Below are positions 53,101-64,000 of a stretch of 64,000 nucleotides of DNA, piece by piece (the first letter of the stretch is position 1; each line of letters starts with the position of its first letter). The notes under the pieces are model-generated. The model ran no database searches, was not told where the DNA came from, and was given only the letters and a program-made list of their open reading frames with translations. Both the position numbers and the translations under genes were made by a program. This DNA is from Lama glama (taxonomy: Eukaryota), in the NCBI GenBank assembly GCA_028534125.1, contig CM052816.1, positions 2,420,001 to 2,484,000 of the forward strand. The letters run 5' to 3'.

Positions 53101-55455
53101 GGAGATGATGCGATTGATCCGCACGCTGAATTATTCATTCGATTTCAGTTGTTGACTTCACATCAGACACCTCCCAATGTACAGGGCATAAATCATGATG
53201 AATCTTTTTGCCACAACCACTCAAAGAACCTATCTGATGCTTTTTGTATCCATTTATGCACAGAGCCTGGAATTCCTGGTATCCCTTTAACTTGGTCCAA
53301 AGTGATACCATACATCAAATGCTGAAGGCTTGGGGCTCCAGCAAATGGTCTCCAGGTAGTGGCATTCTCTTCCGAGGAAGGTCACTTAGCAGGTTGACCA
53401 CATAAGTATGTAATTTTCTAGATTCACTATGCAATCATATTCAAAGTACCAAAATCTCAGGAAGGCACAAAATACCCCCAGTGTTGGATGGTTATTTTGA
53501 ACAGCTGGAATCCAAGTCCTAACCTGCCATGGTTGCTGGAATGGCCTCCACCGTGGACCAGACTAAACCCCTTGCCTTCAAACCTAAGCCTAAAGGGCTT
53601 GACTACGGAAGGTGTCTCTCACTACCTAGGGTGAGTAACGGACCTTGCCATGTGAGCTCAGAGCGTCTGCATTTCCCCGTATGGCCTGCACCCGTGATAC
53701 TTAACTGAGTATTACTACCAGCTTGAGGTCATTAGTCCCCCAGACTACATACCTCCAAACCTCTGCTTTCTTGTCTCTTTTCCTAATTACTGGCGTATGA
53801 GAGACACTTGATAAAAATATTGACTAAGTAAGAAAAAGCCATTTTCACCATTCAGAACTATAGCAAGGCTACAGCTATATTGCTCTCTTGGACACCAGAA
53901 TTCTCTCCAAAGTTGAAAATCATACAAACACGCTTGTGAAACATCAAAGCACCGCCATCTCATTCTCTTCTGTTTTCTAAACCTCTCATACCCTCCTGGT
54001 TTGGCAAAAATACTACATTAACTTGAAAGATTTCACCCAGGATAGAAACCATCATTTCCTAAAGAATCCTTCCATTGGAATACTCTGCTCCTGTCTTTGT
54101 TTCCTGGAAGCTGAATTTGCAATATAATAATAAGATCTATTAGCTTAATAGAAAAACTAAACACATGTTTTCATGGTCTACAATTCGCCATTCTATGCCC
54201 AAAATGTTAAGAGTGGCTTTTGGGGGGTGGTGGCAAGGTGATGGATGATTTAAAAAAAAGTGTTTCCCACATTTTCCAAATGAATTTAAGAACAGGAATT
54301 CTTACTTTGGGAAGTAGAAGGAAAACTTAACTACTAAAAGACATTTCCAGACAAAGGAACTACTGTATCAGCAAAGTGAACAATCGTCAAGCACTGGACC
54401 TGGTAATAGGTAATACAATCATATGTATCCAGTAAGGTAAACCTCAGTCTGAGTTTCTTCTAAGTGCTTACAGCAACAGTGGCAGTTACAAAGTCACGGA
54501 TTTAGATGCAGATACATTTCTATCATTTGTTTGAATAGTGAATTTCAATGTTCCTGTTTATCTACTGCCTTCCAACCCTGCAGACCTGGCACATAGCAGG
54601 AACTCAATGAACATTTGCTGACATCCTACACCAGTGAATCAATTTCTTCAACAGAAAATCTGAGTTCTGAGAGGTTAAATTACTCAAAGAGGCACTGAAA
54701 CCCAAATTCTCCTGGCCATCTTGCCGTTGTGGCCCAGTGTGCCCACGACCTTACACACTGCAAGTTTTGATTTTCTCTGGTATGTTGGGGGAGATATGTG
54801 CCATCAGAGCATTGCCGTCAGATGCAGCAAACTTATTCCCTCAGCCTGTCTCACCTTCACTCCCGGCCAAGCACTGGGCTCCGGATACCAGGCAAAGGGA
54901 AGGGGACTCTTGCCAAATGCTAAGGGAAGCCTGCTTTGCCCGGCTGCCAATGCCTGGGATTTGGCGTGCGAAGGCATCTGTTGTGGTTGTGGATTTGAGC
55001 TGAGTGATTCCTGCTGAAAACACTGGGAATAATTCTAACAATGTCACCGCATGCTGTCACCCTGCTCCTTCTCTTCTCTGGGTCATGTTTCTAACCACAG
55101 ATGATTAGCAGTAAACACTAATCAGTAAACTGGTCAGAAAAGCAATGCCAAAGCCAAGGTCTGCCAGAAGTGTGCTAATCGGATACTGGGCTCTGATTTT
55201 GTTTTTAAGGGGGTTTGGGGGGAAGCGGGTGGAGGAGGGGGGAAAAAAGGCAGCAGCAGGGAACGGATCCTCTGGCAGATGAAGGATCATCAATCTTTCT
55301 TATTTTCTGAAGCTAGAAAATAAAATCTTAGAAACTTTGTGCCACGTTATTTTTCTCCACATGCAGATATTTGATAGAGGTTGGACCTCCCAGAAGTCTC
55401 AAACTATGGTCTTATTTCCCCATGCTTGGTGGCTTTCCATGTCCTTTTATTGACT

Positions 55456-55473
55456 ATATATATATATATATAT
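55456..55473. repeat. (TA)n followed by T and A runs
   Basis: tatatatatatatatatat ttttttttttt aaaaaa. Confidence 0.9.
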
Positions 55474-55879
55474 ATTTTTTTTTTTTAAAAAAACATTGCC
55501 AGTCTAAACATACACCTGCCCCTAAAGATCTTTCTCAGACACATCCTGTCTTTCCTAGACATCAGGGCAGAAGCTGCCTCTTGGTTAACACAGCCAGTGC
55601 GAAAAACTGCAGGGGTGAAGCTCAGCCCTATCTAAGCGTCATCTTATAAAAGAGTCATTAAAAATGAGTAACTTCAGCTCTTTATTTTTTTAATCCTATA
55701 GTATTCAAACAAGAATATTTCTCCATGTCAGTGACTCTCTCACCCCACAACCTTCATCCATAAAACCTACTACATACGCACTTGATATGTGTTTTGGCCA
55801 TATTTCATCTTAAGAAATATCCAGCTATCCAACGTCCAAATTTATATTTCTTTTCCTTGCAAGAGAATCGCCATCATCA

Positions 55880-56115
55880 TCGTATTTAACACCAAGTCCT
55901 TACTCTATGCCAGACACTAGACCAAATTATTTACACACATCATTTAATCCTCACAAAAGCTCCATGAGGTAGGTGTTAGCATTACTTCCACTGTACAGAT
56001 GAGGCAATCAAGGCTCAGAGAGGTTAAAGAGCTTACTCAGTATCACACAGCTTATGACACGCAGAGTTCAATCCTAATGCCGGTATCTGATTCAGAGCTC
56101 ATGCTCGTCAACACT
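55880..56115 (-). mobile_element. MIR SINE
   Basis: tactctatgccagacact..catttaatcctcacaa..acagatgaggcaatcaaggctcagagaggttaa. Confidence 0.85.
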
Positions 56116-58019
56116 GAGATAGAATCAGTAGCTTGAGAAATCAGAGCATCTCAAAGGAAGAGGGGAACTTGAAGTTCCTCTGTCCCTGAGACCGTTAACC
56201 TAAGTGGTGTATTAAGAGCTCTCAGGATGATCCCAAGTCTTCTTTTCTCTAAGCTAAACATTCAAATGCCCCTGATTCTTCTGAATAATACTAAAATGAA
56301 GTGGTTTTGATTTCTTTTCATCTCCCTGGTTGCATTCAAGTTAAACTAAATGCCAGTATAGGTCTTTTGAAACAGTGCCATGAATGTTAATCATGACATT
56401 CTGAATATGACCCAGGCTCACCTACAGGCTGAGTGAAACCTAACATATGCGACCACAAATAAGGGGCATATAACTGGTCAAGTCCACGCGCAGCAGCGCA
56501 CGCCAGCAACGCAGGCCAGCGGAAAAATTCAATAAAACCGCTAAAATCTTGAATGACTCTGAAAGGACAGGAGGAGAAGTACATTTGTCTTCCAAATACA
56601 CTGAAAATGATCTCTCCTCACCTGTGTCACCCTATGTACTGCACACTGATGACCTCTATTCACCCCCAAACTCTCTCCCACTCTCAATTGCCAATCAAGT
56701 TCTCCTTTTATACCCAGCTGTGGGTGTGGGGGTTGGGTGGGGCTTCATCCCTTGCCCACCCTCCTTCCTTTCTCTTTTCTCTCTTCTCCCTTGATTGAAT
56801 TGTGTTCCTTTCCAAACCAGATTTTCATTCCTAGTTTTTCCACATTACCTCTCTGCACTGTTTAAAGCATCACAATAGTGACAACTAATAATCTTGGAGT
56901 CTTTAGGAAGCAAGATGACAGAGACCCTGAGGATACAAAAACAGAATGCTCCTTAATGAAAAAAAAAAAAAAGAAGGGCTCAAAACAAATATTATGTTTC
57001 TGTCACACGGAAGGGGGAAGCAGTCTGATGTAAGTTCAAATATACCAGACATCTTTATCCTCGCAGAATCTTCTATGTCCCAGGCTCCCTGAAGTGTTCA
57101 GGCTGAACCCAATGTCCTGTGACTCCAAAGATGGTCTAAGGATTTTTTCCCTTTCCAGATTCCTGACTCTCATTAAGATTGTGTCTTTCCCATCTGAGAT
57201 GGTTTCTTTTCAACCACATTTGAAAACTCTTTTCCTTTGGGATACATGGCTCATTGCTAATGGAAGCTCTTAATGATAGAGACGTGTGCCTCCCGGACAA
57301 AATATTAACAAGATCCCCCAGAACATGTATCAAAAGAACACTAAGTGAATCCCCAGCAGGTATGATATGCAGAAGTATTTAAATTTTGTTTGCTGCAATA
57401 AAGAGAAAAGAAGGTAATCCACCCACTGTCTTACACAAATTCTGAGCCTACCAGTGGGATCTGTGCATCATTTAACTTTAACTAGGTGATCAATTAATCT
57501 GGCTAGAGGTTGCCAACCAAAAATTCAGAGGGCTACTTGAAATGGGTGTTTGTAGTGTCTTATAAAGCCTTGGGCCTCTTGAACACTCTCTCTGTGTGAG
57601 GTGTCTTTAATTCAGTTGTAGAGAGTTGAATATTAGCATTTGGACCTCCAAGTCTTTAATTAAAGTGTGCTGGGTTGAAGCAACTTCTCTGATCATTTTT
57701 GATCAAGAAGCAGATAACTATTGTAATTTTTCTTAATAGGAAGACAAAGATGACTCAGATAAGCTCCAATGGCTTCTTGAATTTGGGCGCAAGCAAAACT
57801 CTAAGAATGAATGAGTTAAGGCAATATACATCTGTGTATACACAACAGTATTTGCTTAGGACTTGAGCTGTAGGGAGACAACTAAAGAAAGGTTTTTAGC
57901 AGCAAAACAGGGACTCAAATACCAGCTTCAACACTGGGAACTCCTCTGGGAAACCCAGGATGTTAAACTCTTTTCCTTCACTAACTCATTAGTCCTTACA
58001 GCAGGCTTATTAGGAAGAT

Positions 58020-58230
58020 AAACCTGTGTATTTCTCAATCCTTATTCTACTGCTGACTAACTGTGAATGTGAGCATATTATTTTTCCTGTGCCCTTGTTT
58101 CCTCATCTGTAAAACAGACCCAAGAGCCTACTTCAAAGGTTGTTGTCCAGACTTGAGGAATCAATGTATGGACATCTTTGGGAACAGTGAATTTCATCTG
58201 ACATAAGTAAGTGCTCAATTAATGTTATTT
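58020..58230 (+). mobile_element. MIR SINE
   Basis: gtttcctcatctgtaaaa..ggttgttgt..gtaagtgctcaattaatgttatt. Confidence 0.75.
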
Positions 58231-58439
58231 CAGGATGGACAGGTAGAGAAAAGAGTCACGGGAAAAAGTGTATGACCTAAAACAAACAAAAAAGAGCACG
58301 TGAATGAAAGCGAGAGATCCTAAATGAACAGGCATATGTCAAGGCTAGTAAATGGCGCAGGGATTCAACCCCAGCTCTGCCTGGCTGCGTCTAGCCATGG
58401 AAGTCTAGCCATTAAAGCCAGAGGCCCAGAGAAGAGAGG

Positions 58440-58610
58440 TCCTTCACCTTTGTGCACATTCGGGTCACCTAGTGAACTTTCAAATGGATAAAAGGATACC
58501 CAGGTTCTATCCTGAGGAATCCTGATTTGATTGGTTGGCCTGGGGCCTAAGCATCTGCTAAACACATCTCTGGTGATTCTAATGTGCAACAGATTTGTGG
58601 TCTAGTACAG
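58440..58610. mobile_element. MER5-family MITE fragment
   Basis: gggtcacctagtgaacttt..ctgatttgattggt..ctggggcct..ggtgattctaatgtgca. Confidence 0.65.
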
Positions 58611-59702
58611 TAGGAGAAAGGATCTAAACTCTGTCTGGAGTTAACAGTGGCCATTAGTAACCTGGTTAACACCCTAACGTGTAGTTGGGGAAAAAAAATC
58701 AAACTGCTGTTTTGCAGTTTGATAGCTTCTCCCATAAGAAAGACTAAAACACAGCATAAACGTGCAACTCTTCTCCCTCAAGAAGGCTTACTTGCATTCA
58801 GTATCTTCAATCTCCCTGAGCATCATGGCAGCTGAGAACAGCTATGAAGCCAAACAAAGACTTCCTTAATTTCATCGTTAAATGGTAAAACAAATGAGCC
58901 GCCTCCAAGTGCTCGAATTTTGGTGAAGAAATGTGCTCGGGCAACGGGTCTTTTCTCTTTCTCCTAATCTCTGTGTTTAAACAGGGAGATATTAGGTCGT
59001 TTTCCTAATCCTTTCTTCTAAGTATAACTAGGGATAAAAATGCACTTCAGGATTTGAATTTCATCTTTAAGTGGCTTAGGAGCGTAGCAGATCTTCAGAA
59101 ATCGGTCGGAAAATTTATGGAGAGCCCAACATATTTATAACAAAGTAAAGTAAAGGTGGCGATAGCTTTGTTGAAGTCACTCTCCAAAAGATCTATTTCT
59201 CAATCTGAACAATAATGCAGTTTGACAGCCACTAAAGAAGTATGCCACAAAAACTCACGCAAGTTGCACAACATTAAGAGGCATTAAAGAGTGGGGCTTG
59301 AAAAGCTGGGTGAGCCTTTAAGTAGCAGGTGTGTGTCACTCACAGCCAAAGACAGGAAGTGAGCAGAGTGTGCGATATGACTGTGACTGGGAAGGCCAGC
59401 ACCGGATGGGAAGGAACTGAAAATGACCATGTCCCCGTCCAGCTGACAGAAATATATTTTATATATTTTACTACATATATATATATGCCTCTTCCTGGAA
59501 AGAAAAAAAAAAGCTTTCCATGGAAATTGCCTACTGCCTGCCTGTAAGCCTAGGCCTTGGTTCTGAAACAAATTGGCGAGGCAGTTACATAGCACAAAAC
59601 AGGTTTTTCAATGTGTCAGACACTTGCTGATGATACATGAAAAGTGTTTAGGGGCTTCATGGATGGATTGTAAAATTTGGATGTTTACTGAAATGTGCTT
59701 TA

Positions 59703-60250
59703 AACCTAAATGTCCATTGACAGATGGCTGGATAAAGAAGTTGGGGTATATTTATACAATGGAATACTACTCAGCCATAAAAAAGAATAAAATCATGACA
59801 TTTGCAGCAACATGGATGGACCTAGAGATCATCATTTTAAGTGAAGTAAGCCAAAAAGAGAAGGAGAAATACCATATGGTATCACTCATATGTGGAATCT
59901 GAAAAAGAAAAAAAGAGGACACTAATGAACTCATCTACAAAAGAGAAATAGACTCGCAGACATAGTAAACAATCTCATGGCTACTGAGGGAAAGGGGGTG
60001 CAAAGGGATAAATTTGGGATTTTGAGATTTGCAAATGTTAGCCACTATATATAAAAATAGATTAAAAAACTAGATTTCTTCTATATAGTATGGGAACTAT
60101 ATTCAATATATTGTAATAACCTTTAATGAAAAAGAATATGAAAACAAACATATGCATATATATACATGACTGGGACATTGTGCTGAACACCAGAAATTGA
60201 CACACTGTAATGGACTATACTTCAATAAAAAAAGTTAAAAAAAAAAAAAA
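59703..60250 (+). mobile_element. Short 5'-truncated L1 (ORF2 C-terminus + 3' UTR + poly-A) with perfect TSD
   Basis: PKCPLTDGWIKK..MEYYSAIKKNK..LSEVSQKEKEKYHMVSLICGI*; poly-A tail; 13-bp TSD gaaatgtgcttta at 59690-59702 and 60251-60263. Confidence 0.96.
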
Positions 60251-60591
60251 GAAATGTGCTTTAGAAAAATACACACTCAGTAACGCTGACAAATACTATC
60301 ACTTAGAATAAGACCAGAGTACATATTTAGATAAAGCTGATAAGTATGTCACCACAAAACCTGGAAGGATGAGAGCAGTTTGGGCCACACCAGCACAGGA
60401 GTTAAAAGAACAGGGGAGTTAATGTAAGTTCCTGCTCCACTCCTCAGTAGCTGAGTGACTCTGGACGAGTCATGTAACCTCTCTGAGCTTCAGTTTCTTC
60501 ATATGTAGTGTAAGGTGGTCTGCTGAACTCTTGGAAGCCACAGAGGATTAAAAATGCCGATCTTACCAAAGGGGCTGCAAAGATGCTCTCA

Positions 60592-60627
60592 CGGGACCAA
60601 GTATCCGGGACCAAGTATTCGGGACCA
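60592..60627. repeat. 14-bp tandem repeat, ~2.6 copies (cgggaccaagtatY)
   Basis: cgggaccaagtatc cgggaccaagtatt cgggacca. Confidence 0.9.
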
Positions 60628-60815
60628 GATTGGCTGTTACTTACAAAGCACTGAGGAGACACAGGTGTAAGTGACAGCACCTTCACAAACGTCAGCTGAT
60701 CACTTTGCTAAGAAGCCAGAGGCATTTAATATTGGCTCATGGCTATTGGGTGGAGTGGGAGGAGACATATTCCTTGGACCTTTTACATTCTGTTCCCCAT
60801 TCTTTATCATCAGAT

Positions 60816-61315
60816 NNNNNNNNNNNNNNNNNNNNNNNNNNNNNNNNNNNNNNNNNNNNNNNNNNNNNNNNNNNNNNNNNNNNNNNNNNNNNNNNNNNNN
60901 NNNNNNNNNNNNNNNNNNNNNNNNNNNNNNNNNNNNNNNNNNNNNNNNNNNNNNNNNNNNNNNNNNNNNNNNNNNNNNNNNNNNNNNNNNNNNNNNNNNN
61001 NNNNNNNNNNNNNNNNNNNNNNNNNNNNNNNNNNNNNNNNNNNNNNNNNNNNNNNNNNNNNNNNNNNNNNNNNNNNNNNNNNNNNNNNNNNNNNNNNNNN
61101 NNNNNNNNNNNNNNNNNNNNNNNNNNNNNNNNNNNNNNNNNNNNNNNNNNNNNNNNNNNNNNNNNNNNNNNNNNNNNNNNNNNNNNNNNNNNNNNNNNNN
61201 NNNNNNNNNNNNNNNNNNNNNNNNNNNNNNNNNNNNNNNNNNNNNNNNNNNNNNNNNNNNNNNNNNNNNNNNNNNNNNNNNNNNNNNNNNNNNNNNNNNN
61301 NNNNNNNNNNNNNNN
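60816..61315. other. Assembly gap (500 N)
   Basis: Run of N. Confidence 1.
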
Positions 61316-61334
61316 GGGGAAAAGGAATAGTAAA

Positions 61335-61650
61335 AGTAACAGCAGCTAAAAATGGCTAGGCATTCACTATGTGCTAGGCCTGCTGCTATGCACCTGGTAT
61401 GGATTAATAAGCATAACAGTATCGACACATGTTGACACTTGATGGTTTACTATATATAGGCACAAAGTTTATCCCATTTAATCCTCACAACAACTCTCTG
61501 AGCTAGAATCTCTTATTTTTCTGATTTTCACATGAGAAATCTAAGATTTCCTCAAAGTTAAACAGCTTTGTCTGAGTCCACGTAGCTGGTAGATGGCAGA
61601 GGTGGGATTCCCCAGACCTAGGACTTGTTTGTTACACTGTACTCACTGAG
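61335..61650 (-). mobile_element. MIR SINE(s)
   Basis: cactatgtgctaggc..catttaatcctcacaacaactct..gtagatggcagaggtgggattc. Confidence 0.7.
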
Positions 61651-62962
61651 ACTACAGAGACGGAATCCAAACGTCTAATATGATGCTTCTCAGTCTTTTA
61701 AAATCACTTTTAACATTGGACAATCGACTTTCAGTTTCACAGGCATATGTAGGCACAATAGTTGAACCCCACCTTAGAAAGCACACTAAAATATACATGA
61801 GAGTGATTTCTGTCCCCAAGAGGGACAGAAATTCCAGGTGAATTTACAAAGACAAAATCACCTACCAGGGCTATACATTTTGCTTAGCAACACATGACTT
61901 GTGGCGCCACATGCGAACGTGCCATGAGTCATGTTTGAGATCTGCTGGTCCAAAGTGAAGGGCATTGCAGGAGAATCAAGCCTCCTCTTACAAGTCCTCT
62001 ATCCTGTCACCTCCATCCAATTGCCTCCTTAAAAGGCCACAAACCTGGCTGAGCAGAGTTATTCTTCATGACTGGAAGTGGAATGGGGTTGGCATGCCAA
62101 GTCCTCTTTGAAGACGTGGCAATAACAAGTGAGTGGGACTTAAAAGAGGTGGAATAGTGTTCCTGAAGTGACATACACTAGCTAAAAAATATACAGCAAG
62201 GAATTCCACCCAGAATATGGGAAGATTTTAGACTTGGTGGATACTCCGCGGACCCCTGAGGTCACGGATCTCGCCCTGACTTCTCCCCAGGGGAACCTAT
62301 CTTTGGAGAATCACTATTCTATTAAAATAAAGCACATTTGGGAAGGCAGAGGAAATATAAGTTGAACCACATGTACTCCAACCAGCCTATTATGTATTTT
62401 ATGGCTACACTTAAGTGGGACAAAAATGAGCACCCTAGGACTGGAAGCCCTCGTCTCATTTCTCAACTCCTTTCCACTCCACTTCCCATTACTCTAGGGT
62501 TTTATTATTTTAAGAGTTTAATGTTTGTCCATTTAAATCGGGACAGCTGGGTAACTCACTCAGCATAATGCTTTTATAATTTCAGTTACAAAAGTAATAA
62601 TGATGATTGAGAGCCAGACATGTTTCAGTTTCCTAAGATTGTGATCCACCACCACGAAATTTTGTTAATATAATACCAGATAAATATGTTGCATGTGGAT
62701 TCATCCAGGAAGTTGGCCTTCTGCAGGCAGTCAACTCAAGTGGTCAGGAGTTTGTCAGTGACCAATCCCTCGTACACAAAACAAAACACCATGGAAGACA
62801 ACAAGAACTACATTTTACAAAGAATTCCCACTGTCCTGCTGATGAGGTTTCAGCGAACACAAGCACACAACAAAAACAAAACAAATTGAAGCATAAAGAC
62901 AAAGCACACAAGAAAGATCAGATCATGAACGGGAACAGGCCAATATAACAAAGAATAGAAGC

Positions 62963-63045
62963 ATTGTGCTCTACACTGGAAATTGATACAACACTGTAAA
63001 CTCACTGTAAACACAACACTGACTATAACTCAATAAAAAAAAAAA
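62963..63045 (+). mobile_element. Very short L1 3' terminus, similar in type to the 1514-4210 element
   Basis: attgtgctctacactggaaattgatacaac..gactataactcaataaaaaaaaaaa is nearly identical to 4145-4205. Confidence 0.88.
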
Positions 63046-63064
63046 GAAATGAAAAGACTTTGAT

Positions 63065-63395
63065 GAAGGAATTGGAGGAAGGTGGCTAAAAAGCACAAAT
63101 CTCCAGTTGTAAGATAAATGAGTACTGGGGATGTAATGTACAACATGATGGCTGTGGTTAACACTGCTGCATGGTACACTGAAAAGTTGCTAAGGGAGTT
63201 AAAAGTTCTGGTTATAAGAAAAAAAAAGGTAACTATATGAGGTGATGGATATTAACTAAACTTACAGTAGTACTCATCATGCAATTTGTATGCACGTCAA
63301 CTCGTTATGCTGCACACCTTAAACTTACAGAGCGTGGATGCCGATTATACTTCCAAAACACTGGAAGGAAAAAACATAAATAAATAAATAAAAAT
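63065..63395 (+). mobile_element. Older L1M (L1MA-like) 3' UTR
   Basis: tccagttgtaagataaatgagtactggggatgtaatgtacaacatg..gtaactatatgaggtgatggat..accttaaacttaca, (TAAA)n tail. Confidence 0.8.
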
Positions 63396-64000
63396 TTTAA
63401 ACAAGAGGAAAAAAGAGAACTACACTTTAAATAAAAAGATACAGGAAAGTATGTCCCCATGTCCTGGTTAAAACTCTGATATTAATTCTATGCAAACTAT
63501 ATAACATACATTCAACTAACATTTGTCTACTGTTTATAGAATGATGCCAGGCACTCAGGGAGAATTCAAAAGAAATGGAAAGAAATCACAGTTCCATTGC
63601 CTCGAAGAATGTTTATTCTAATTGGAGGGAAGAGACATGGAGCCTGCACTCATTAGGCAGGTAAGTTTCAAAGTAAGCAGCTTATAGCTGAGTAGCAATT
63701 AGGTACTAGAGACAAGTCAGAAAAGGGAGCTACGGTGTGGGCTAGAACGAGGAGGAAAGTGCCTACGGGAAGGAAAACACGCAGGGTTTTGAAAGAAGCA
63801 AAAGATGATCCCCGAAAGAGGCTCTGAGTCAAGAATAAAGGATTATCAAGTAATGCTTTTCAAAGAACTCAGTCTCCTCTGACCTGTGCAACAGGTGCTC
63901 CGGGCTGGGAGGAAGCAGAGAAGGACCATTTTGCTTATTTTAAAGAAATGGCTGAGAAATCAAGTGATTTCCTCAGAGTTCCATACCAAATTTGACACAT

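Noticed and set aside
60671..61428. ORFs over 200 aa
   Set aside because: Artefacts of the 500-N gap.

Overview
Mammalian genomic DNA, most likely camelid (alpaca/llama/camel), judged from two tRNA-derived SINEs resembling camelid Vic-1 and from the L1 3' UTR type. This is recall, not a database match. The window is mostly non-coding: a 5'-truncated, disrupted young LINE-1 (1514-4210), shorter L1 3' ends, ancient L1M/L2/MIR, MaLR/ERVL solo LTRs, hAT MITEs (MER5, MER20), microsatellites and two N gaps. No intact, recognisable host protein-coding gene is visible, and the longer ORFs are L1 ORF2 fragments or chance ORFs. Insertion orientation and A-run skew suggest an intron of a large gene transcribed on the minus strand. 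The best leads are all on that strand: (i) a TATA-Inr-GTAAGT candidate first exon at 42623-43058; (ii) a MEF2/TATA + E-box candidate muscle promoter at ~35222-35275 directly followed by a 33-50 aa signal-anchor-like ORF; (iii) several candidate small exons (48-180, 15131-15326, 26134-26180, 47233-47329, 52632-52695). All are unverified hypotheses and I could not name the host gene. Repeat family names are from recalled consensus resemblance and old-repeat boundaries are approximate.
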